DNA from: a plasmid
Reading direction: 5' to 3' (one strand)
Sequence record: OW969666.1
Length of the DNA stretch: 64,000 nucleotides
Below are positions 47,310 through 56,544 of the stretch, in pieces. Within the stretch, counting starts at the first letter, position 1, and every line of letters starts with the position of its first letter. The notes beneath the pieces are model-generated. The model was not told the DNA's origin and ran no database searches. It saw only the letters and a program-made list of their open reading frames with translations. The position numbers and the translations under genes were made by a program.

Positions 47310-47792
47310 ATGAGAACCTTGAAAGTATCATTGATGGCTGCGAAAGCGAAAAACGGCGTGATTGGTTGCGGTCCAGACATACCCTGGTCCGCGAAAGGGG
47401 AGCAGCTACTTTTTAAAGCATTGACCTACAATCAGTGGCTTCTGGTGGGTCGCAAGACGTTTGAATCTATGGGCGCACTCCCCAATAGGAAATACGCGGT
47501 CGTTACCCGCTCAGGTTGGACATCAAATGATGACAATGTAGTTGTATTTCAGTCAATCGAAGAGGCCATGGACAGGCTAGCTGAATTCACCGGTCACGTT
47601 ATAGTGTCTGGTGGCGGAGAAATTTACCGAGAAACATTACCCATGGCCTCTACGCTCCACTTATCGACGATCGACATCGAGCCAGAGGGGGATGTTTTCT
47701 TCCCGAGTATTCCAAATACCTTCGAAGTTGTTTTTGAGCAACACTTTACTTCAAACATTAACTATTGCTATCAAATTTGGAAAAAGGGTTAA
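47310..47792 (+). CDS. dfrA14: Trimethoprim-resistant dihydrofolate reductase cassette (dfrA14/dfrA5-like). The native start may be the TTG just inside this ORF.
   Basis: [63 protein letters not shown]... is type-A Dfr. It lies next to attI1 and is followed by a 59-be-like element. Confidence 0.8.
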   Translation: MRTLKVSLMAAKAKNGVIGCGPDIPWSAKGEQLLFKALTYNQWLLVGRKTFESMGALPNRKYAVVTRSGWTSNDDNVVVFQSIEEAMDRLAEFTGHVIVSGGGEIYRETLPMASTLHLSTIDIEPEGDVFFPSIPNTFEVVFEQHFTSNINYCYQIWKKG

Positions 47793-48003
47793 CAAAGCTA
47801 TGCAATCGACGGCAAAAAGCTTCGTTCGCTTCGCGCACTACGCCTTTTCCGCGATTGATAGCGACGTTATGTGAATATTGAAATGAGCATTCCAAAGAAA
47901 GGAAGTAGAAAAATTATCGTGGGCGAAAATGAGTTTTTGTGGCTCATTAGGTCAAAACTCACATATTCGCAGGACTGTTTAGGTACAGAAATGACTGCGG
48001 TCG

Positions 48004-48279
48004 TTGAACCGGATGCCGGTCCTCACTGATGAAGAAGTGAACACCGTACGGGAATCGTGCCGGCAGCTTGGAGCTATCGGCCGGAACCTCAACCAGGTGG
48101 CCAGGGCCTTGAACATCGAGTTCAGGGAAAGTGACAAGCTCAAGCAAGAGGCCATCGAAAAACTGGCCGAACGGATCGACCAGCATTTGGACCATGTGTC
48201 TGAGCTGTTCGATAAGACCTGGAGCCGGTGGCACGATTGTCATTTTCAGAAGACGACTGCACCAGTTGATTGGGCGTAA
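48004..48279 (+). CDS. mobC: MobC-like mobilisation protein fragment, as found between the dfrA14 cassette and IS6100 in In191-type integrons
   Basis: 91-aa ORF ending at IRt. Assignment rests on recalled In191 context. Confidence 0.45.
   Translation: MNRMPVLTDEEVNTVRESCRQLGAIGRNLNQVARALNIEFRESDKLKQEAIEKLAERIDQHLDHVSELFDKTWSRWHDCHFQKTTAPVDWA
48238..48262 (+). repeat. IRt, the terminal inverted repeat of class 1 integron/Tn402
   Basis: TGTCATTTTCAGAAGACGACTGCAC. Confidence 0.55.
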
Positions 48280-48358
48280 TGGCTGTTGTGCAGCCAGCTC
48301 CTGACAGTTCAATATCAGAAGTGATCTGCACCAATCTCGACTATGCTCAATACTCGTG

Positions 48359-49239
48359 TGGGCTCTGTTGCAAAAATCGTGAAGCTTGAGCATGCTTGGC
48401 GGAGATTGGACGGACGGAACGATGACGGATTTCAAGTGGCGCCATTTCCAGGGTGATGTGATCCTGTGGGCGGTGCGCTGGTATTGTCGCTATCCGATCA
48501 GCTATCGCGACCTTGAGGAAATGCTGGCGGAACGCGGCATTTCGGTCGACCATACGACGATCTATCGCTGGGTCCAGTGCTACGCCCCGGAGATGGAGAA
48601 GCGGCTGCGCTGGTTCTGGCGGCGTGGCTTTGATCCGAGCTGGCGCCTGGATGAAACCTACGTCAAGGTGCGGGGCAAGTGGACCTACCTGTACCGGGCA
48701 GTCGACAAGCGGGGCGACACGATCGATTTCTACCTGTCGCCGACCCGCAGCGCCAAGGCAGCGAAGCGGTTCCTGGGCAAGGCCCTGCGAGGCCTGAAGC
48801 ACTGGGAAAAGCCTGCCACGCTCAATACCGACAAAGCGCCGAGCTATGGTGCAGCGATCACCGAATTGAAGCGCGAAGGAAAGCTGGACCGGGAGACGGC
48901 CCACCGGCAGGTGAAGTATCTCAATAACGTGATCGAGGCCGATCACGGAAAGCTCAAGATACTGATCAAGCCGGTGCGCGGTTTCAAATCGATCCCCACG
49001 GCCTATGCCACGATCAAGGGATTCGAAGTCATGCGAGCCCTGCGCAAAGGACAGGCTCGCCCCTGGTGCCTGCAGCCCGGCATCAGGGGCGAGGTGCGCC
49101 TTGTGGAGAGAGCTTTTGGCATTGGGCCCTCGGCGCTGACGGAGGCCATGGGCATGCTCAACCACCATTTCGCAGCAGCCGCCTGATCGGCGCAGAGCGA
49201 CAGCCTACCTCTGACTGCCGCCAATCTTTGCAACAGAGC
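48359..49239 (+). mobile_element. IS6100
   Basis: ~881 bp with 14-bp IRs GGCTCTGTTGCAAA and a 254-aa IS6-family transposase. Confidence 0.9.
48422..49186 (+). CDS. tnpA: IS6100 transposase
   Basis: MTDFKWRHFQGDVILWAVRWYCRYPISYRDLEEMLAERGISVDHTTIYRW... Confidence 0.9.
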   Translation: MTDFKWRHFQGDVILWAVRWYCRYPISYRDLEEMLAERGISVDHTTIYRWVQCYAPEMEKRLRWFWRRGFDPSWRLDETYVKVRGKWTYLYRAVDKRGDTIDFYLSPTRSAKAAKRFLGKALRGLKHWEKPATLNTDKAPSYGAAITELKREGKLDRETAHRQVKYLNNVIEADHGKLKILIKPVRGFKSIPTAYATIKGFEVMRALRKGQARPWCLQPGIRGEVRLVERAFGIGPSALTEAMGMLNHHFAAAA

Positions 49240-49367
49240 CTCCGTCGCCATGCTCACCTCGCTTTGGTGCACACGAGTATTGAGCATAGTCGAGATTGGT
49301 GCAGATCACTTCTGATATTGAACTGTCAGGAGCTGGCTGCACAACAGCCATTACGCCCAATCAACTG

Positions 49368-49392
49368 GTGCAGTCGTCTTCTGAAAATGACA
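49368..49392 (-). repeat. Second, inverted copy of IRt after IS6100
   Basis: GTGCAGTCGTCTTCTGAAAATGACA, part of an inverted duplication of 48238–48350. Confidence 0.5.
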
Positions 49393-49446
49393 CTGTTTGT
49401 ATATAATCATGAAAAAATGGTGAGTAGAGTTTCAGGGTAACAGGGG

Positions 49447-50661
49447 ATGCTTATGTCGGTTTTCCACAACTGGCTACTTGAGATCGCATGTGAGAATTAC
49501 TTCGTCTACATCAAACGCCTTTCCGCCAACGATACCGGCGCAACAGGTGGTCACCAGGTAGGGCTTTATATCCCTTCAGGTATCGTTGAAAAACTCTTTC
49601 CGTCTATCAACCATACCCGTGAACTGAACCCTTCGGTTTTTCTCACCGCACATGTGTCATCGCATGATTGCCCTGACAGCGAAGCCAGGGCAATTTATTA
49701 TAACAGCCGTCATTTTGGTAAAACCCGGAATGAAAAAAGGATTACCCGCTGGGGTAGAGGCAGCCCACTTCAGGATCCTGAAAATACAGGGGCTCTGACG
49801 CTCCTGGCTTTCAAGCTTGATGAGCAAGGGGGGGACTGTAAGGAAGTAAATATTTGGGTATGCGCCAGCACTGATGAAGAGGACGTCATTGAGACCGCTA
49901 TTGGTGAAGTTATACCCGGAGCGCTTATATCCGGCCCCGCAGGACAGATTCTAGGCGGACTATCTCTACAGCAAGCGCCAGTAAATCATAAATATATTCT
50001 ACCTGAAGACTGGCACCTGCGCTTTCCGTCGGGAAGTGAAATTATTCAGTATGCAGCCAGCCATTATGTGAAAAATTCCCTTGATCCGGATGAGCAACTT
50101 CTTGACCGCCGGCGCGTGGAGTACGACATATTTCTATTGGTTGAGGAACTGCATGTTCTGGATATCATCCGGAAAGGATTTGGCTCTGTGGATGAATTTA
50201 TTGCGCTGGCCAATTCTGTCAGCAATCGCCGTAAATCCAGAGCCGGGAAGTCGCTGGAACTGCACCTGGAGCATCTATTCATTGAGCACGGCCTGCGACA
50301 CTTTGCGACGCAGGCCATCACAGAAGGTAATAAAAAACCCGATTTCCTTTTCCCTTCCGCAGGGGCTTACCACGATACTGAGTTTCCCGTAGAAAATCTG
50401 CGCATGCTGGCAGTCAAGACTACCTGTAAGGATCGCTGGCGTCAGATACTGAATGAGGCCGATAAAATTCATCAGGTGCATCTGTTTACACTCCAGGAGG
50501 GAGTTTCTCTGGCTCAATATCGGGAGATGCGGGAGTCGGGTGTCAGATTGGTCGTGCCATCATCTCTGCACAAAAAATACCCGGAGGCGGTGAGAGCTGA
50601 GCTAATGACGCTAGGTGCGTTTATTGCTGAGCTGACAGGGCTTTACGCAGATATTCCATAG
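49447..50661 (+). CDS. ecoRIIR: Type IIE restriction endonuclease EcoRII
   Basis: 404 aa. The N-terminus MSVFHNWLLEIACENYF... matches R.EcoRII as recalled. Convergent with the Dcm-type methylase. Confidence 0.85.
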   Translation: MLMSVFHNWLLEIACENYFVYIKRLSANDTGATGGHQVGLYIPSGIVEKLFPSINHTRELNPSVFLTAHVSSHDCPDSEARAIYYNSRHFGKTRNEKRITRWGRGSPLQDPENTGALTLLAFKLDEQGGDCKEVNIWVCASTDEEDVIETAIGEVIPGALISGPAGQILGGLSLQQAPVNHKYILPEDWHLRFPSGSEIIQYAASHYVKNSLDPDEQLLDRRRVEYDIFLLVEELHVLDIIRKGFGSVDEFIALANSVSNRRKSRAGKSLELHLEHLFIEHGLRHFATQAITEGNKKPDFLFPSAGAYHDTEFPVENLRMLAVKTTCKDRWRQILNEADKIHQVHLFTLQEGVSLAQYREMRESGVRLVVPSSLHKKYPEAVRAELMTLGAFIAELTGLYADIP

Positions 50662-50694
50662 ATTATCTCCCGGCATAAATACCGGGAGGAGCGA

Positions 50695-52128
50695 TCAGAT
50701 TCGTTCAACCTTGCACGAATCGGCATTAACCGCTTTCAGGATATAAGGTTCAAGCAGTTTGGCTACGGCTTCAAACACGGGCACCACTACGGAGTTACCG
50801 AACTGCCTGTACGACTGAGTGTCTGACACAGGAATGCGAAAAGGCCTGCCATCTACTTTTTCAAAACCCATAAGGCGCGCGCACTCTCGCGGAGTCAGCC
50901 TGCGGGGCCGATGCGCCTGATTTTCTTCGTTCGCGAAGTCTGTTTCACCTGTGGCCATATCCCAGCCACGGTCTATCAGAATTTCAGACCCGTCTTTGTG
51001 ATAGCGAGCAGAAAGCGTACGGGCAATGCTTTCTTTATTTTCAGGATTAACGAGGCCAAAACCGAATCCGTTACCCTTAGCTGCGTGCTTTTTGGCGTAG
51101 TTATAGAGATACTCCCAGAGTTTCGGCGTCAGTATATATTTGCTGTCAACCACGGGTTCCAGCAGTTCGCCAAATGACGGACGCTGTTCCGGATAAAAAC
51201 GACTAATATCGCGCAGGGTAAAGCCCTGGTGAATGTTCAGATCACGGCGGAAACCGACCAAAACGATACGTTCTCGGTGCTGAGGTAAAAAGTGCTTTCC
51301 GTCGATAACTTTAGGATCGTTTTTGCCCATCTCAGCTGCATCCGCAACTTCATAGCCCAGTTCGTCGAGGGTATCCATGATGACTTTAAAGGTTTTACCC
51401 TTGTCATGGCTCTTCAGGTTTTTAACGTTTTCAAGAACAAAGATGGCAGGTTTTTTTGCGCGGATAATACGCGCCACATCGAAGAAAAGCGTTCCCTGAG
51501 CCTCACATTCGAAACCATGCGCGCGCCCGAGCGAGTTTTTCTTGCTTACGCCCGCAAGGCTAAACGGTTGACAGGGGAAACCTGCTAGAAGTACATCATG
51601 ATCCGGCACATGCTCATTAATGTAAGCATAGGCATCGTTTTCAGGTACTTCAGGTTTATCACTGAGCGTGACTTCACGAATATCGAGATTGAAAGTGTGT
51701 TCCTGAGCATCGTTAAACCAGTTAGCTTTATATGTGCGCACAGCCTCTTTATTCCATTCACTGGTAAAAACGCACTGGCCACCGATGGTTTCGAAGCCCT
51801 TCCGTATACCTCCAATCCCAGCAAACAGGTCAATAAACCGGAAGGCATAGTCAGGGTGATGTGCAGGCGCTTCCGGAAGCATTTTTCGTAGAAGTTCCTC
51901 TTCGGCTAACGTCAGCGTCTTAGGTGAGCACTTACCATTAATCCAGCGATTAAGAGTCTCGCGACTCCACTCATTTTTACCAACTTTTCTAAGCAGTTCA
52001 GCCACGTACTTCTGGTCATAGATTTCCAGCACCTGCCCGAGCAGCTTTTTATCATTTTCCTGTCGCAGTTGTTCTTCCGCTTCTGCTTTCTCAAGCAGAT
52101 CCTGCGCCAGTAATTCAAATTCAGACAT
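50695..52128 (-). CDS. ecoRIIM: DNA cytosine-5 methyltransferase M.EcoRII (CCWGG). Start likely at [11 protein letters not shown].
   Basis: C5-MTase motifs FAGIGG (I), PCQPFS (IV), ENV (VI), QFGNSV (X). Confidence 0.9.
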
Positions 52129-52509
52129 ATTGCCTCCATTGGGTCTTATGGGTGAAACTGTATCACTCATTTGACCCAGATTGAATGTTTTTATCTGGAT
52201 ATTTAAACAGGTTTATTGTTAGGTAACGCACGTTGGCCACGCTGGAGCGTCTTCTGGGCCTGCTGTCGGCCTTTGAGGTCGTGGTATGGATGACGGATGG
52301 CTGGCCGCTGTATGAACCCCGCCTGAAGGGAAAGCTGCACGTTATCAGCAAGCGTTACACTCAGCGCATTGAGCGACATAACCTGAATCTGAGACAACAT
52401 CTGGCAAGGCTGGGACGGAAGTCACTGTCGTTCTCAAAATCGGTGGAGCTGCATGACAAGGTCATCGGGCATTATCTGAACATAAAACACTATCAGTAAG
52501 TTGGAGTCA

Positions 52510-52716
52510 TTACCGGTTCTCTTTGTCTTTTAGTGATTCTATAAACCTCATTACGTCTGAATATAAAAATCTATTATTTGATTTATGTGGCTCATGAGGT
52601 TGTGGGATGGTCTTGTTTTTGAATGTGCCAGTTTTCTTAATGGCAAAGATTAACTCACCTTCTGTTATTCCTAACATTTCAGCAAATGTTTTTGCTTCTA
52701 TAGTTACTGACTTCAT
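52510..52716 (-). CDS. Small hypothetical protein (possible HTH regulator)
   Basis: 68-aa ORF immediately downstream of the mrr-like gene. Confidence 0.35.
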   Translation of the reverse strand: MKSVTIEAKTFAEMLGITEGELIFAIKKTGTFKNKTIPQPHEPHKSNNRFLYSDVMRFIESLKDKENR

Positions 52717-52720
52717 TTAA

Positions 52721-53512
52721 TTAACTCTCATGGTATCGATTTTCTTTACCGGCATCTTTAACAATGGTGCTCGTTTCTAGTGTTGCTGCGGTACGCTTCA
52801 TCATCGTCTGCGGGGCGGTTGCGATAGTGAAGGAGCTGCCGGGCGTGAGCAAATCTATCAGGCGCTGGCCGCTGATAATCTCCATCCGTTCACTGGCAAT
52901 ACTGACAGATTTTGAACCTGCGCCGGTTTTCCCGGTATGGCAAAACAGACCGCGACAGTTATGACGTTTAAGCAACTTCTCGAACTCCTGTACGTGCTGT
53001 AAAGCAATATGGCCGCGATAGCGTTTAGCCTGAATAAGATAGCGATATTTTCCTATTATTACCTGGCCGTCAATGCCTCCATCGCCGGTATAGCGTTTGT
53101 TTCTGATGGTTCTGAAGCCATGCGCTTCAAATCCTTCCAGCAACAGTTCTTCAAACACAAAAGGATCAATTTTCCTCAGGTAGTTAATTTTTTGTGGGAA
53201 GCCCGGCAACGTCTTTATGCGCTCCAGCACCCGCCGCGCACTTTGCTGCTTCCTTTTGTGTCGCCTGTGCCGTACTGAACGCCGGAAGAATACAACGGCA
53301 AGCAGTGCGATGGCGCTGCAAGCCCATAGAATAAGGTTTTCTGTAGTGGGGAAGGGGATCATGGTCATAGTGGGCTTTCTGAGGGTAAAGAAAAGGGCGG
53401 TTAAACCGCCCTGGTGTTTAGCGACGGCTGTATACCTGCCACGAAGCGCTGCCTGACTGATTCTGGCAAATCCGCCCGTAAAGTACGGTGCCGGTCGAGT
53501 AGCGGGCGCCAT
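52721..53512 (-). CDS. mrr: Mrr-like restriction endonuclease-domain protein. Start probably at MTMIPFP, ~53369.
   Basis: N-terminal TM helix, then a Mrr_cat-like core (GDGGIDGQVIIGKYRYLIQAKRY). Confidence 0.7.
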   Translation of the reverse strand: MAPATRPAPYFTGGFARISQAALRGRYTAVAKHQGGLTALFFTLRKPTMTMIPFPTTENLILWACSAIALLAVVFFRRSVRHRRHKRKQQSARRVLERIKTLPGFPQKINYLRKIDPFVFEELLLEGFEAHGFRTIRNKRYTGDGGIDGQVIIGKYRYLIQAKRYRGHIALQHVQEFEKLLKRHNCRGLFCHTGKTGAGSKSVSIASERMEIISGQRLIDLLTPGSSFTIATAPQTMMKRTAATLETSTIVKDAGKENRYHES

Positions 53513-53729
53513 TCAGATAGCAATAGCCGCTGGATTGCAGCAGTTCGTTGCGCAGCTTTTCTTCCTGCTTTGATAGCCGGGACTCCGCAGACTGCAAACG
53601 AACGGATAATTCGTTAATCTGGCGTTGCTGGTTATTCAGCTGGCTCTGCATCGCATTACCTTTATCCTGGCTGACGCAACCAGTTAAGAGAGCTGTACAG
53701 GCTAATGCACTTAATATTATTTTTTTCAC
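53418..53729 (-). CDS. Lipoprotein with a coiled-coil segment
   Basis: Signal peptide plus a lipobox (LLTGC). Confidence 0.5.
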   Translation of the reverse strand: MKKIILSALACTALLTGCVSQDKGNAMQSQLNNQQRQINELSVRLQSAESRLSKQEEKLRNELLQSSGYCYLNGARYSTGTVLYGRICQNQSGSASWQVYSRR

Positions 53730-53764
53730 GTTGGCTCCTTAAATTGAGATTATTCCTAGTTCGC

Positions 53765-54079
53765 CTATAAGCGAACTTTCCCGTATTTACTTATGATCTG
53801 GCTTATCATCGACTGGTTACTTCCACCTTCGCCATTATCCGGGCATTCATTAAGAAAAGCCTTCCTGGCATCCTTCGTGTGGTTGGGTAAAAAGCCGTGC
53901 TTGTTCTTTTTAACGATATTGAAGAAAGCAGCTTCAGCACTGTTACACTCGCTTCCGCCGCTATCGCCGGTGAGCTTGCCCGCCATGCACATAATAACTT
54001 TGCAGGGATCTTCAGCATGGCTGGCAGGAATATAAAGCAGACTACCAGCTGCTATCAGAGGTATTAAGAGTTTCTTCAT
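53765..54079 (-). CDS. kikA: KikA-like lipoprotein (IncN kik region)
   Basis: 104 aa with a signal peptide and conserved cysteines. Lies upstream of korB/traL as in pKM101. Confidence 0.5.
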   Translation of the reverse strand: MKKLLIPLIAAGSLLYIPASHAEDPCKVIMCMAGKLTGDSGGSECNSAEAAFFNIVKKNKHGFLPNHTKDARKAFLNECPDNGEGGSNQSMISQIISKYGKVRL

Positions 54080-54420
54080 TGTTTTGTCCTTAACAGTTTG
54101 TTCAGATATACACTCGCCAGAATGTTGATAACGGTAAGCAATATTAATAATAACGCTGCGTTATAAATAGATTTGTAACCTATATCGCCTGCAATATATT
54201 CGACAACAAAAACGAAAATCGTTAAAATTGTGTAAAACTTGATTAACTTTCCTGTAATTTTCTTAACAATATAAGCAACTGAATAAGAGCCGGATTTGAT
54301 GATGCTGGCGAGTAACCTGATCGCATGGACACGAAATTTTCTAAAAATGGGCGGAATGGAAGATGCCTTTTTCTTCCTTCTGCTTTTTTGCCTTTCCGCA
54401 AAATCAATAAGTTCGCCCAT
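54076..54420 (-). CDS. Small membrane protein of the kik region
   Basis: 114 aa with a basic N-terminus and two TM helices. Confidence 0.45.
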   Translation of the reverse strand: MGELIDFAERQKSRRKKKASSIPPIFRKFRVHAIRLLASIIKSGSYSVAYIVKKITGKLIKFYTILTIFVFVVEYIAGDIGYKSIYNAALLLILLTVINILASVYLNKLLRTKQ

Positions 54421-54435
54421 TTTTATACCCTCCGG

Positions 54436-54813
54436 TTATATCTTCAGATCATCAAGTGATAAACCACTATCAAGCAGCTCTTTGAGCCATGTGGGTCGGC
54501 GGCCAGTCCCGGACCAGGTATTTTCTGCGTTCCTGGGGTCGCGGTATTTTGCTGGTCTATGTTCTCTGGGGTTGGCTACGCCCTGCATCTTCATGGCTTC
54601 CAGGCTAATGCCAGCGTCCAATTTTGCAGTTAGCCAGGCCGGGCGCTTCCCTATACCAGTCCACGTATTAAAAGGGTTATCCGGGTCACGATACACGGGT
54701 TCGCCTTTTGGTCGTTTTTCTGATTTCAGGGGAACCAGCATCACCTTCCTTCCTTCAGCGGTTTTCTTTTCGTTTCTTCTTGACACGATCTCATTAGCCC
54801 TTATCATAAACAA
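54436..54813 (-). CDS. korB: H-NS-like DNA-binding protein with two tandem H-NS C-terminal motifs (IncN KorB-like)
   Basis: Two copies of a TW(T/S)G(I/T)G(K/R)RP(A/T)WL motif, each followed by GISLE/GLSLDDLKI, as in the H-NS C-terminus. Confidence 0.55.
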   Translation of the reverse strand: MFMIRANEIVSRRNEKKTAEGRKVMLVPLKSEKRPKGEPVYRDPDNPFNTWTGIGKRPAWLTAKLDAGISLEAMKMQGVANPREHRPAKYRDPRNAENTWSGTGRRPTWLKELLDSGLSLDDLKI

Positions 54814-54849
54814 AAGTCGTCGAAATTACAATTACGCGGTGAAACATAA

Positions 54850-55584
54850 ATGAGTAAACATCCAAAACTCCTGGTTCTCGCTCTGGCCTGCCTTGCTTGT
54901 GCTGGCCGTGCCAGTGCTGCGCCTGCCTCCGATGAAGTTGCCAGGCTTGCGCAGAGATGTGCGCCTGATGTTTCACCCTTAACGATGGCGTACATCGTCG
55001 GCCATGAGTCCTCAAATGGGCCGTACAGGATCAATATTAACGGTAGTATTCAGTTAAAACAGCAACCGCGTACTGAAGCTGAGGCCGTCAGCGTTGCGAA
55101 AGTTCTGCTGAAGGATAATAAAAGTTTTGATATGGGCCTTGCACAAATTAACTCAAATAATTTAGTGGGCCTGGGTCTTTCGGTTGACGATATTTTCAAA
55201 CCCTGCATCAACCTGCGGGCGAGCCAGACCATCCTTAAAGCCTGTTATGATAGCGCCCTGAAATCCTACCCAGCCGGGCAGGTTGCGCTGAGACACGCGC
55301 TTTCCTGCTACAACACCGGCTCACTCACAAACGGGATTTCTAACGGGTATGTCACGAAAGTTATCAACGTGGCGCGTCAATCAACTGATTTGAAAATCCC
55401 TACGCTGCTACCTGACGGCCAGACCAGTGAGGACAGCACCGCGACTGAGCCTCAGCAGGCAAAAAGTACGGCGCCGCAGTATGACGGTGAACAAGATGTT
55501 TTTGGTTCGGGTGATGGCGATGCCTTCAGCCGAAATAATACGGATGCCTTTTTAACCAGACAGGAAACAGCGAAGGGGGAATGA
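54850..55584 (+). CDS. traL: Lytic transglycosylase TraL (VirB1 homolog, IncN)
   Basis: Signal peptide, SLT-like domain. Confidence 0.8.
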   Translation: MSKHPKLLVLALACLACAGRASAAPASDEVARLAQRCAPDVSPLTMAYIVGHESSNGPYRININGSIQLKQQPRTEAEAVSVAKVLLKDNKSFDMGLAQINSNNLVGLGLSVDDIFKPCINLRASQTILKACYDSALKSYPAGQVALRHALSCYNTGSLTNGISNGYVTKVINVARQSTDLKIPTLLPDGQTSEDSTATEPQQAKSTAPQYDGEQDVFGSGDGDAFSRNNTDAFLTRQETAKGE

Positions 55585-55874
55585 GGTTATGGATGGAACG
55601 TTTGTACCTTGTATTGCAATCACAGATCCTGGAGCTATTTGAAGCAGGAAAAGTGAAGGAGGTAACGATAGAACGGGTTTCATTAAAGAAGTGGTATCCC
55701 GTTTTTCAGATAGACGATGAACAGCTGGGCCAGATCGCATGTTCCATTAGGGTTAACAAAGAGCATGAGCTACGAACCTGGGCTGATTTAAGGCTACTGG
55801 CAGAGTTTTTGAAAGATAAGTGTGGCGTTGAAGAATGCCGGTTAAATCTGCAATCAACAGAAGATAGTGAGTAA
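55581..55874 (+). CDS. korA: KorA-like small regulator between traL and traM
   Basis: 97 aa, overlaps the traL stop (ATGA). Position as in pKM101. Confidence 0.45.
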   Translation: MRLWMERLYLVLQSQILELFEAGKVKEVTIERVSLKKWYPVFQIDDEQLGQIACSIRVNKEHELRTWADLRLLAEFLKDKCGVEECRLNLQSTEDSE

Positions 55875-55883
55875 GGAGAAAGT

Positions 55884-56177
55884 ATGACCACGTTGTTTAA
55901 GAAGTATGGCCCTGCGGTAGTTATGGGCGTTTTGTCCATTGCCCTGCCGCAAATTGCGCTGGCCGCTGGCACCGATACTGGTGAATCAACCGCTACATCA
56001 ATCCAGACGTGGTTGAGCACATGGATTCCAATTGGTTGTGCTATTGCGATCATGGTTAGTTGCTTTATGTGGATGCTTCACGTAATCCCAGCCAGCTTTA
56101 TTCCTCGTATCGTAATCTCGCTGATTGGTATTGGTTCTGCATCATTTCTGGTTTCCCTGACGGGCGTAGGAAGCTGA
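55884..56177 (+). CDS. traM: T4SS pilin TraM (VirB2 homolog)
   Basis: 97 aa with a long signal peptide and two hydrophobic helices. Confidence 0.7.
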   Translation: MTTLFKKYGPAVVMGVLSIALPQIALAAGTDTGESTATSIQTWLSTWIPIGCAIAIMVSCFMWMLHVIPASFIPRIVISLIGIGSASFLVSLTGVGS

Positions 56178-56199
56178 ACAACGCGAAAAGGGGGGACTT

Positions 56200-56544
56200 T
56201 TGTCCCCCAAAGTGAGGACTACAAAGATGTTCGTTGACGGGAAAAGACCGCTTTTCAAAGGTGCGACTCGCTTACCTCGCGCGCTGGGTGTACCACGTAA
56301 TGTAGCTATGATGATATTCATGATTTCTGCCTCGCTTTTTATGATTATTCATATGTGGGCGATTCTGGTGTTCGTCTTTTTGTGGATTCCTTCAGCTGCA
56401 TTAACAAAATATGACGACCGCATGTTTCGAATTATGGGCCTGTGGTTGAAAACCAAATTCAGTAATTGGTTTGATTCTCCGTTTAAGCAGTGGGGAGGAT
56501 CGTCTTATTCCTCTGTTGACTACAAACGTAAGGGTTTAAAATAA
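56200..56544 (+). CDS. traA: T4SS TraA (VirB3 homolog)
   Basis: Small membrane protein immediately upstream of, and overlapping, the virB4 homolog. Confidence 0.65.
   Translation: MSPKVRTTKMFVDGKRPLFKGATRLPRALGVPRNVAMMIFMISASLFMIIHMWAILVFVFLWIPSAALTKYDDRMFRIMGLWLKTKFSNWFDSPFKQWGGSSYSSVDYKRKGLK

Larger units (their letters stand above)
46143..49392 (+). mobile_element. Class 1 integron remnant of In4/In191 type: intI1–attI1–dfrA cassette–mobC–IRt–IS6100–inverted partial IRt. No qacEΔ1/sul1, and the 5'-CS is cut by IS26.
   Basis: intI1, Pc promoter, attI1, one cassette, the 25-bp IRt at 48238–48262, and an inverted duplicate of the ~120 bp containing IRt after IS6100 (49260–49392). Confidence 0.8.

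Noticed and set aside
47093-47416. 107-aa ORF spanning attI1
   Set aside because: It covers the intI1 5' end, Pc and attI1, a known non-coding integron region, and merely runs into the dfrA cassette start.
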